Source: Vicugna vicugna (lineage: Eukaryota). Taken from it: a stretch of DNA of 64,000 nucleotides. Under the pieces are notes generated by a model. That model ran no database searches. It had not been told where the DNA came from and was given only the letters and a program-made list of their open reading frames with translations. Positions within the stretch are counted from its first letter, which is position 1, and every line of letters starts with the position of its first letter. Location of the stretch: the NCBI GenBank assembly GCA_013265495.1, contig MU057796.1:1-64000 (forward strand). Reading direction: 5' to 3'. Position numbers and translations under genes: made by a program. Positions 21,933 through 33,330 of this stretch are shown here, piece by piece.

Positions 21933-22399
21933 ACACACACGGTGAATTTTTATACTGTTAAATGTTGATTATTTAGAGGCTGAGCACCTGGTGAGAAGCA
22001 ATGACCGAGAAGGTCCAAAAGCCAGTCTCCATCACACACAGTGATAGGCTGGATGGATGACAGGCTGAGAATTAGCCTCTAGTGTGAAGGGTGAGAAAAA
22101 GCAGGGAGGTACCAGAAGGGACATACACTCGAGAGGAGACGTGGCGGGGAGAGAATGAGGACAGCATGAGGCGAACCCTCAGGTTGGGCATCAGGCGTGG
22201 CAGGAAGGGTTTCACTGCCTCCTTTCTGCCCCATGGTTCCCGTTTTCCTGATACACGTTTAGTTTCACAAATGATTTTCCAGCCAGGCTCTGCCCTTTTT
22301 GTGAGCTGCGTAATTGAGGCTGGGAGCAGGTCACCTGGTTCTTCTGCCTTAGAAGGCTCTGTGGTTAGCTTGTGGCTTGGTCATTCATTCATTCACTTC

Positions 22400-22484
22400 C
22401 TTTTTTTTTTTTATTGTGATGTAGTTAGTTTACAATGTTGTATCAATTTCTGGTGCACAGCACAATGCTTCAGTCATACATGAA
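22400..22484 (-). mobile_element. Very short (about 85 bp) L1 3'-end insertion with a perfect 10-bp TSD
   Basis: Poly-T followed by gtagttagtttacaatgttgtatcaatttctggtgcacagc. TSD CATTCACTTC at 22390-22399 and 22485-22494. Confidence 0.85.
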
Positions 22485-24324
22485 CATTCACTTCTTTACT
22501 TTCTGGTGTCCTTTGTAAAACTATGAACTTGTCCTGAAGTATCGAACACTTCGTGGCGCTGGCTCTCACTCGCTTCTTCATCCCACGGTTAAGACTAGCT
22601 TTCTTCAAGAGAGAGCTTTGTTTGCCAGCTGTTGAATTTCTCACTGTCTCACATTATCTTTTGTTTGTTTCATCGGCGATGTTTCTCTTCTCCCAGAACT
22701 CCTGATACCCTCTGTTCTGGTGTTTCCATTTTTCACTATTACTGATGTGTGTGCACACACTGTTACCTTTTCATCACTCGTCTACATATTAGTCATTCAT
22801 GTTGGAAACACACTAGATAAATCCATCTTTCTAAGTCTTTTTTATTTTGTCGTAAATTAAAAACATTAAAGATCTAGAGTGTGAAGTCAGACTATTTTGG
22901 AACTACTTTACGTATCGTATGAAATCTTCGGTTCTCTTGAGAAAAGATGTAATGGCAGTTACTAACCTGATTCCAGAAAAATCAGATACCAAGGACATAA
23001 TAAGAAGTTAAGAAAAAAAATTTTTTTGTAGTCTGGATTCTCCATTCTGGATAATTATCTGCCCTGATCCCAGGCAGCTTTATACTGTTACCAGAACTGG
23101 TTTTCTCTGTGTAAATCCTGTTACTTATGAAAGGCAGAGATGGGCATGGTCTGTCTACTTGGGTTGAGAAGTAGTACCACTGAATTGGCCGTCTTTTTCT
23201 CTTCTCCTTGGTTTTGTTGATGTGTCCTTCTTAGGGCACGCGATGGAAGACAAGACACAGGACAGTATAGTTCAGAGCGTGGTAGGTGACGTGCACCTGC
23301 ATGGGTCACAGTCCTGTCTCCACGGATCCCAAGACAGGCAACCCTGAACAAGTCACTCACCCACATCTTAATCACTGGCCATAGCTGAGAGCTGCTAGCT
23401 TTTTTCCACCTGGGGTACAGTTTCCAGTTCACTAAGATCCTCCCCTGAGCCCCTAAAGATTCCTGGTTAAACAGAAATGAAGAAATGACTTAACAGGGTT
23501 ATACAATGTTTTGTATATTATGTTTCCCTTTGAAAATTATTTCTTAAGGTACAAAAATACAACACAATGTAAGTATCCTGTTACTCACTGAGCAACTGTA
23601 GGATTTATAACATTTAGTTAGGAAAGCTGCAGGTGACGTGGGCTGGAGAGTGGTTGAAAGTTTTAAGTTTAAAATTGTGTGATAAACATAGTCTCATTTC
23701 AAACTCGACTTGTATAGAAACTGTCAAGAATTTGAGACATTGTTTTGGACGTGCTGTTAGTCCAGTCTCCTCACTCACATTATTGTTTCTTTCACTTCTC
23801 TTTCTACCTTGATTTCGCTGGCCCCAGGATACACTGGAGTTTGCAAACCCCGGATTTACTTCTAGATGCGGGCTTCTAACGTGGCAAATGCTGACTGCAC
23901 ATGGGAGTCCAGTGAACAGCGTGCAGGAAGCGTTTGGCACATGCCGGCTCCTTGAACATTTGCTACTCACTCATCCTCATTGTTGGCAGTAAAGCTCTTG
24001 GTCTTCGTCTCTGTCCTTTGGAAGAGGTGACTGATTCTGGTTCTGAGACCTTCCAGCTGGAAGCCTTTGGGGAGAGGTGCCGTCAGGGCATCGATGGGAT
24101 TGAGGGGTCCGCACAGGGCTTGTGTTCAGCAGGGAGAAGGGGATGTAGGTCTGCTGGGAGGAGGAGGGGAGAGGCAGGAGGCTCGGAGGTACCAGAGCAT
24201 CTCTTAGTACATTTAACATCACTTAGGGTTAAATATTTTATGATTTTGTTTTTATTATTTCAGTTTCTCTGTATTAATCCCAGGAAGCCAAAAGGTGTGA
24301 GAAGAGGGTGTGAGAAGAGAAAGC

Positions 24325-24525
24325 CAGTATTGATTGAGCACGTAAGCTGCTCCATTAGGCGTTTTATATGTTATTTTCTCATGTAAATCTCACAACAGCT
24401 GTGAGAGGCTGGGGGCTTTCTCCCCATTTTATGGGGTCGGGGCAGCTCATGAGGCTCTGAGAGGTGGACGGTAATCTGCTGAGGTCACATGGCCCGTTGG
24501 GCTCGGAGCTGGAATGCAGAACTCC
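24325..24525 (-). mobile_element. MIR SINE
   Basis: tattgattgagcac...aatctcacaacagc...ccccattttat...gaggctctgagagg...gaggtcacat. Confidence 0.7.
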
Positions 24526-24924
24526 TGCCGCCATCTGGGATAACTAATCCAGGTTCACTGGGGGTAGAGTCATTGGCTGCTTTTGTTTTGGGTCCATTCT
24601 AGGACACAGAAAAATAGAAATTAGTCTGCGTAAAGAAATAGCATTTTTATGAAAGGAGGGCCCTGTGGATTAGATATGAACAAAAATACGTGCCTCAGAA
24701 GACGTAATTGTTAGTGTGTGACGTGGTTGCCACAGCTCATAATACCTTAGCATAATAAAGCTGTAAGAGACAGAACCAGAACCCAGAACCTGGGCCACGT
24801 GTTCAAAATGGACTTTGTCAGTCAATCGCGAACATGTTTGAAGTTACTTTTAAGCTAGGTGGATTGACAGAAATCCTTTTGTTTCCACACACAATACCAT
24901 GACTGACAAAATGATTTCACAGAC

Positions 24925-25085
24925 TTGATCTCAGTTCTGTGCAACAGACCAGGGAGAACTCCGTGGCCACTTTTTACAGACGGCAAAACCAAGGTGTGTA
25001 GGGGGAGAGTGACTTGCCCAAAGCTGCATTACTGACGCGACATGTTATGGACAGAATGAGATTTTCAGTTCAGATCTTTTGCCTT
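24925..25085 (-). mobile_element. MIR fragment
   Basis: cactttttacagacggcaaaaccaagg...gtgacttgcccaaag. Confidence 0.55.
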
Positions 25086-26049
25086 CAAAAATAAGTATTC
25101 CTCCCAATAGTATATCCATAAATGTGTCAATACTGAGCCTGTGAAAGGGCATCGTGTATCATTAGATGACAGCAGTGCTTCCAAATAGACGCCTTAATTT
25201 TATTCTTTGGAAAGTAAAGAAAATGCGAGGGATAGAGAAATCTTTACCCGACGTTGAATTTTTGCCTTGAATTATATTACATCTGCTCACGTTTTATTTC
25301 TGTGTTCATGTCCCTTTTGCCATGCTTCACAAAAACTGATATATCCTGTTCTTTAATTCTCGTGGTCTTAGACGATCATCAGATATGACTCCCGTCAGGT
25401 CTTCCTCCACGATGTATTTTTTAACAACTTCCATTTTATATATTCTGTTCCAGTGCATGTCTAGCCCTGGAAAATGCTCTAAGTGTGGATTTTAAAAACG
25501 CCAAATGAATTATACTTCTGCCTGGTGAGTTACTGCTTTAAAGGGGGTGGGAAGTTGCAACACATAAAAGGTTTCAATTCCGTATTGTAAATTTCAGGAA
25601 GCCCAGTGTCAGGTTCGGTGTGATTGAACTTGTGCATCAATCTGTGTTAACACCAGCTGGTAAAGCATGCCACTGTTTCCAGTGGACCATCCTTTGATTT
25701 AGTAGGACACTAAACGTCTTCTTGCCCCGGAGAAATGCCGGCAGTGCTGAGCTTCCAGATTTAATTTTTTTTTTTATTCCAGAGGCATATCTGTAAATAC
25801 AGTTCCTATCACCTGAATACATATATAATATCTTACGTTTATGTAGCATCTCCCTAAAAGCTTCTCCTGTATATTATATTAGCTCAAATAAAGTAAGTAA
25901 TGTTATAATAACCCGACCAGACCCGAATGGTGCTGCATGCGGGAGCGTGAGTTCCTCTTGGTCAGGGGTGGAGTTGGGGAAGGGGAGAAGTGGAGGGTGA
26001 TGCTCTTCGTGGTGTCAGCACCAGAAGTTTAGCGTTAGACCCACAACTG

Positions 26050-27600
26050 TGCCTTGTCACAACTGATCATGGGTTAGCCTTTCTTGTCTATGTTTATTTA
26101 GACCTTTCTAGGATTTTTCGTGTTTTCAACCCAATATTTATTTCATAACTTGCCTAATTGCTTTGCCTACAGCCTCTCGTACAGTAGTGAGTACAAGTGA
26201 ATATAATGTATCCTTGACTTATTCCTCATCTTAGGGAGAAAGCGTCTAATCTTTTCCTAATAAGTATTATGTTTTCAGGTTTTTTGCAGATGACCTTTGT
26301 CAGGTTTAGGAATATTGTCCTTCTATTCCTTGTTTATAGAATGCTTTTATCATGAAAGGGTGTTGGATTTTGTTAATGCTTTTTTGCATCTATTGGAATG
26401 ATCATGTGTTTTCTGTTTTTTGTATTTTCCTTTTTATATATTTCTGGATTTGATTTGCTAATATTTTGTTTAAAATTTTTCCGCTTTGTTCAGTTCATGA
26501 ACGATATTGGTCTCTAGTTTTCTTCTTTTCTTATATTAGTACCTTTATATAGTTTTTATATGAGGAGTATTGTGATCTTATAAAAAGTATAAAATTGAAC
26601 ATTATTCTTCCCTCAATATTTGAAGGAATTCGCTAGAGAAGCCATCTGGGTCTTGAGTTTTCCTTGTGGGAAAGATTAAAAAAATTTTTTTTTATTGCAA
26701 TAGCTTTATAGTACATCTCCCATTGTCATTTGGTTTATTTTGGGGTTTTTTTGTTTGTTTTTTTTTTGTTAATAGAGGTACTGGGGATTGAACCCAGGAC
26801 CTCGTGCATGCTAAGCATGGGCTCTACCACTGAGCTATCCCCCACCCTTGTGGCAAAGTTTTGAATTAAGCATTAAGTTATTTTTTTCATAGCTGTAAGA
26901 CTTCGGATTCTTTTTTAGTGTCAGTTGGTAATTTGCATCTCTCAGAGATTTTTGTGTATTTCTTTTAAGTTGTTCTATGTTATCTATAATGATGTCCCCA
27001 TTTTTATTTTGTGATAGTAGTAAATTTTGTTTCTCCTCTTTTCCCTTGAATGTTCTAGCTAGACTTTAAATTTTATTACTCATTTCAAAAACCCAGTGTT
27101 ACTGTTTCATTCAGTTTGTTTATTCTTTGTTTTATATTTTGCTGGTTTCTTCTGCTTAATTTAGGTGCAGTTTGTTCAGATTTTTCTAGCTTCTTTAGGT
27201 GAAATCCTAGATCATTGATTTACAGTCTTCTGATACAAACATGTAGAGAAATAAATTTCTCTCAAATCATTGTTTTAGCTGCACCCACACTTTTCGTGGT
27301 TTCATTACCATTCAATTTGAAGTATTTTCTGATTTCCCTTGAGATTTTTTCCTTTGGTGTGTGGGTTATTTAGAAATTTTTTTAATGTTTGATAATTTTA
27401 TAATCTTTTCGTTACTGATTTCTTGTTTAATTACATTATGACCAGAAATCATCATCTCTGTGATGCTCAGCCTTTTGAAATCTACCAGCTTGTCTTATGG
27501 CCCGCTGCATTGTGTTGATGAGTTTCCATGTGCACTTGGAAAACGTCATGTACCCTGCAGTGTTCTGTAATTGTTAGGAGGTATTTACATGCATATTATT
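26050..27600 (-). mobile_element. Old L1 ORF2-region fragment (L1M type), about 1.5 kb, with a nested SINE
   Basis: T-rich strand with L1 antisense motifs: cttagggagaaagc, gggtgttggattttgttaatgcttttttgcatctattg, aagccatctggg, ccatgtgcacttggaaa. Confidence 0.8.
26685..26847 (-). mobile_element. tRNA-derived SINE (Vic-1-like; core 26771-26847) with an extended 3' tail
   Basis: gaggtactggggattgaacccaggacctcgtgcatgctaagcatgggctctaccactgagctatcccc. TSD CCTTGTGGGAAAG (26662-26674) and CCTTGTGGCAAAG (26846-26858). Confidence 0.88.
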
Positions 27601-27707
27601 CTTCCATGTTACTGACAAGTGTTCATTAAGGCCATTTCCACCATCATTCTTGGTATTTACAAATTTTTAACCTGCAGAATAGTCTCTTGGTCTTCATTAC
27701 CTTTTGC

Positions 27708-28141
27708 AGTATCTTCTTAACTCACTGTCACAGCTAAGACCAACTGCAGAAGCTTGCTAGGGCTTAAACCACAGAAATTCATTTTCTTAGTGCAGACTAG
27801 GAGTTCGAGATCATTGTGCTGGTAAAGTTGGCTCCTTCTGAGGGCCACCCGAGAGGGACCAGGTCCAGACCTCTCCCCTTGGCTTGTAGATGGCCGCCTT
27901 CTCCCTGTGACTTCACGGTCGTCCCTCTGTGTATGCACCCATGTTGAGTGTCTCTGCATGTCCACATCCCCTCTTCTAGAAGCATACTGGTCATATGGGA
28001 TTAGGGCCCATGCTAATGACCTTCTTTTCACTAATTGCCTCTGTAAAGACCCTGTCTCCAAACACAGTCACATTCTGAGGTACTGGGAGTCAGGACTTCC
28101 ACGTGAGCGTTTTGGGAGGGGGCACCATTCAGCCCGTAACA
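27708..28141 (-). mobile_element. MLT1B/C-like solo LTR
   Basis: ggcttaaaccacagaaattcatt...tggcttgtagatggcc...ggattagggccca...aaagaccctgtctccaaacacagtcacattctgaggtactggg...attcagcccgtaaca. Confidence 0.88.
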
Positions 28142-29757
28142 CAACTGTTTCTGTCTTATCTTTATTTATAAACCTTGGTGTAAAACTTGATGTCCTTTGA
28201 TACTATTCATTTGTTCACATGCTTATTTATGCCTTCACTTTCTTTTATTTTGCAACAAAAGTTTCCGTTCCCTTAAGCCATCATGCTTAATCTTTTCAAG
28301 AATCCCTGACTCCTTTGTGAAACCAGAGAAACTTACAGAGCTACTCTCCCTAAAATGTTTGTCTTTGCATATGAAGTTTTAGATAAAACTTGGGAAATTT
28401 TAAGACGCCCCCAGATGAATATCCATGGACCCTTCAGTGTAGAAGTCTCACCCCAAATATTCCTCCTTTTAACCCTTTAATCGAGGTTCTGTTAGCCGAC
28501 TGGTGCAGATGACATTTAAGGAGACCGCCCAGATTTCCCTCTTCATCCCACGCAAATAAAGAACAATGAGTGAGCCCAGGACACACAGGTAGGTTGTACA
28601 TGAAGTGCTAGCTACAGACAAGAAAAGAATTCCCTCTCTCATGTGATCGGTCCTCCTTCAATGTTAGTTCATAGGATGTAGTGGTAGATGGTCCCATATA
28701 AACTTGGAAGGGGTCTTGACTTTTTACCCCTTGCATTTAAAAGGTTATGTGCTACAATGTGAGACAAATAAATCACGATTCACTGCAACAACAGCATTGC
28801 AAGTCAGTTGTATAAATTGCCAGTGAAACACGACATCAGTCACCTTGTGTGTTCTGACCATTTAATGAATGAAATAGTGTTGGAAGAGAGGGCTGCCTGG
28901 AGATGAGAGGAGCGAATGGTAGTGGCAGCTGCAATTAGCAAGATCAATGGTGGGTGCCACAGGTTCATTGTTTGGGCATTTCAGTTGACCCAAGCAAAAG
29001 CAATGGCTATCCAGAAGACTTGATGAGCTATAATTTGCTGTAAAAGAATGCAGAAAAGTAAATTGCCCAACCGCACTACATCTTTGCAGAATGTTCTTTC
29101 TCAGCTCACTGTGTTCCTAGGGCAGTGACCAAAAGCTCCAGCTCATTCTTTTCATTCGTTCTTTTAATCGATATTCCAGAACTTTTGTTCACTTGGTATA
29201 GTTTTTTTAAGTTTTAGCTGATCACTGACTGCTTTAACAAAAATCTTCTGGTCTGTGATTGAATCCTTCAGAACAGTGCTTTGAGCCTCAATTGATCACA
29301 ACTTTCTTTTTCTTTGCGCTGCTGTATTTTGTGCTGTCAAGTCTTAACCCAGGATGACTCCTCGAACTGTAGCAAACACTGCTTTGAGTAACATTCAATT
29401 TCCTGTGTTAGTAGGATTTTTGTAACTTTTCATTTGATTGTCTTAAATTGATCAATTTTTGTAAAAGAAGAAAGTTGAAAATGTGTCGATGAGATGGAAG
29501 GTTGTATTTGTTTTGGTACTATCCCTAATAATGTTTTATAGCTTCCGTATGAATCTATAAACATACTTCATTTGCAGACTTTCTGTGCCAAGATAAAAAC
29601 ATGTTATGTTACTCACACTTTGTAACAGGAGGCAACCACTTTCATAGACATTTTATGAATCGTACATCGAGGCTGTGAAAAGTTTCCCAAGTGGAAGGAG
29701 GGGACGTTGTGAATAGCTCAGAGAGTCAGGGGAGTCAGACTCCAGAGTATCTTTCCA

Positions 29758-30235
29758 TGGTGCGTTAACTTCCTGTCGGTGCTGTAGCAGATTGTCACAA
29801 ACCTAGTGCCTGAAGACACCAGTTTATTCTCTTACTGTCTGAAAGTCAGATGTCCGAGATCAGTTCTACTAAGTTAACGTCAAGGTGAGGGCACAGTTGG
29901 TTCTGTAAGGAGGCTTTCTGGGAAAATCCAGTTTCCTTGCCTTTTTTCAGTTTCTGGCGATTGCTTGTACTCCTTGGTCTGTTCCCCGCCTTAAATGCAC
30001 GCCATCCATCTCTCCGGCCACCGTCACATTGCCTTTTCTGACACTGGTTCCTCCCCTATCCCTTAGGGCAGGACCACGGTGAGGCTGTCAGGCCCAACCA
30101 GATAATTCTCCCACCTTAGGATCCTTAACTTAGTCACATCTGCAAAGTCCTTTTTGCCATAGAAGCTGAAATTCACAGATTCCGGGGATTGAGATGCTGA
30201 ATGTATTTGGGGAACCATTGCTCATCCTGTTGCAC
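29758..30235 (-). mobile_element. MLT1-like solo LTR
   Basis: gctgtagcagattgtcacaaacctagtg...gatccttaacttagtcacatctgcaaagtcctttttgccata...cacagattccggggatt. Confidence 0.82.
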
Positions 30236-32639
30236 ATGGTAACGGACACACGAGCTTCGTCATGCAGTTACATCCGTGACAATCATCCCTTTTGCTGGCT
30301 ACGTGGTGGGCCCACCTCTTCTCCTCCAGAATCGTGTGCGCTGGCTGGCTCTTGACTCCGGGATCCTCGTTCTACTGGGCTTTTGGGTCGACATTTGATG
30401 AAGGGTGTAGGTGTATTCATTTTCATTATTCACTTTGGGGGGAAATGAAGTTTGTATTGCTCGCCTCCCTCATTCTATATATTGATATTATGATTAATAG
30501 TTTCTGACACAAGACTATTTTGAAATAGGAGTCTTTGATGACGTATTTTGACAGCAGCCCTGTCATGCTTTTAGCTGCTCTAGCAGGAGTAAGTGATGGG
30601 GAAAACTAGTTTAATATTCCGTACCTGAGTAATCAACCCAAGATGGCATGTCCAGAAATATCACTAAAATGTCAGCCACAAGAATCTCTTGAAAATAATC
30701 TCATTCAGGGAACTTGAATCTTCCTTGCTTGCAGTTTTGAAATATCAACTTTCGTAAAGATGAGGAGTCCTGAGTTATTTCTTTTTCCGAGATGCCAGAT
30801 GGATGTTGAATTAAGTCCAGTTTTCAGCTTTTCTTCAGATAATTTTTTAAGTTGGTGGCTTGTGTTTTGGATCCTTATCAGTATATCAAGTGTGCTCTCC
30901 CTCCTCCGGTTCCCCACGGCTCCCCACCGCCTGGCATCAGCCTGGTTGCCTTGGTACCTGTTCCTGAAGGATGTCTGCAGTGAAATTTGGTTGTTTAAAT
31001 AGCACAACTTGTCATCTAAAAGTAGAAGTCATTAGCACGACGCCGTGTGGCTAGTGGTGTCTCAAATACTCTTTTTAACATTTTTTCTTATTTTTATCAC
31101 TTTATTGTTCATGTTTACTCCTTTCACAGCTGGAAATTTCAGGGCCCTGTTCACCGTATGGGTCTGGAGGGAAAGACGCCAAAAAATTTTCCTTAAGAGT
31201 CTCCTGAAACTTGTGCCCCAAGCTGTGGCCTGAGTTAGGCACTTGGTGCCTTTTGAGGGATGCAAACTTCTAAATTCCAGCCCCGTCATTACCTTGCCTG
31301 ATCAGGAACACTTAGATGTGTGTGGCTGCAATCCATCCATTGAACAGCCTTCTGCTGTATCTAAGGAAAAGGAACTCTTAACTTCTTACCAGTTTCTGTT
31401 TGACTTTTAATTGATCTTCATTGCGATGGTGAATTTGCCAGAAACACATATTTATCTCAGAAAAGGCAGAATTTGTTTCTGTTGAACATGGAAAATGATT
31501 CAGGTGCTTTGGGGGGGCTTTTGTGCTGTCTGTCTCCATTTCCAGTTCTCTCCTCCACGTGATGATTACCAAAGATGCAGCCAGGCGGAACATCTTTACT
31601 CTTCCCACCGTGGTGAGTCGACTGGCAAGTCGATGGCTGCGGTCACTGCAGGTGAGAGGGTAGCACCCTGCTCCCTCACTGGTGGGCATCTCGGCAGAAA
31701 TCACCAACTGGCAGCCTGTGCTGGGAGGCATGTGTGCTAATTAGTTGCTTGAAAGTCTTCCCTCATTAACTCCAGGCAAGTCATTAGAGGAAAGTGTTCT
31801 GGAGTCCAGAGTGTTGGTTTTGATAACAGGAAAACAAGTTTAATCATCAGTGTGTCATCTTGTTTGTGAAACAGGGACATCGCACATAGTCTCTCCCCTC
31901 GTGAGGGATCCTGTTTTGTCAGTGAGGCACCTGATCGTCCTTGAACCCTGGGACTCAGTTCATCCAGGGGGCACAGATCATAGAGAACAAGATCTGTGTT
32001 GTAGGTACATTAAATTTTGCACTTTTTTTGGTGGGGTCTGGAGGGTGGTGAATAAGAAGAAGGGGCACCATTTTTTGGCCCCAATGAATTCATGTTGGAA
32101 AAAAAAATCATGTTGCTTTTATATAGTAATTTATGTTCATTATTTTAAAGAACAAAAACATTCAGAAAGCTAAAAAAAATTGACTCAAAATCTCACTCAC
32201 TTGAAATAACAATGATCATGTTTCAATAACCATCATTCAAGAAATATGTCTCTAATTTAAGGATTGTATCCTTTTAACAAAGGATTAAGTAATCAAAATG
32301 TCAAAAAAGAAATATATGTCTCTGATAAGGACAGAATGGTGGGCCAGAAGGTAGAAAGGCAACTGTATTGATTAAGTAAAGAACATAATATTTTTTTTAA
32401 ATGTTAAATTTTATTTGAATCTGAGAAAGGAAAATCGAATGAAGAAGTTATTAAAGTTTTACTCTTTGAGACAAAGAAATTGAAGGCACTAATTCCTAAA
32501 AGATCACTCTAAGTAAACATTAAAATTATGGGCAACATTGAGGCATTTTACACATACGTATTATATACATTATTTATATATGTTTAATATATAAATATGT
32601 GTGACTGTGTTTTTAAACTGTTTTTCAAAATAGGTTGAT

Positions 32640-33330
32640 GGCTTTTTGGTTTTTGCTTAACTGCCTGGATTTAATTGTCAAGTGGTTGTGTTTCCAGGAG
32701 ACTGTTTTATGTCCTGAGTTCTTCCGTGCTTGAGAATGTCTGCCCTTTCTTGTTTGATAGAAAATTTGGGTATAAAACTCCTGAATAAGCTTTTCTTTTC
32801 CTGGAACTTTGTCGATGGTCTCCTGACGTTGAATCTGCTAGAGAGACATCTGAGGCCAGCCTGGTTTTTCCACTTATTAGGTGACTAGGATGCCCATAGG
32901 AGTACTTATTTATTTTCTCTCACCCCCTCGCTCGCTCTCTCTCTCTGCTGGATTTATTAAAGCATAACACATAGATAAAGGTTGATACAACATAAGCTTA
33001 TAGCTCAGGGAATTATCCACCTGCAGGAACTCACAGGTCAGGGGACAGAAGACCACCAGAATCTCGGAGTCCTCTCAGACCTCCTTCCAGTCCATCCTTA
33101 GGTTTTCTGCCCCCGAGTTCACTGGTGCCTTCACTTCTGATATAATCATGTAGTTACACTGTCTCTGCATTTTCTATAAATGGAGTTACTCTGTACGTAC
33201 TCTAGCTTCTTTCGCTCGACATTCTGTCTTGAGAATGTCATGTTGTCGCGTAGAGTTCTACTTCATTCATTTTTACTGCTCCCATGATAGGAATTGTCTG
33301 TGCATCAGCCCTGTTTCTCATTTGAGCTAT
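32640..33330 (-). mobile_element. Old L1 (L1ME/L1M-like) fragments
   Basis: ttgagaatgtct...gggtataaaactcct; tataaatggagttactctgtacgtactc...cttctttcgctcgacatt...ttcattcattttt. Confidence 0.55.
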
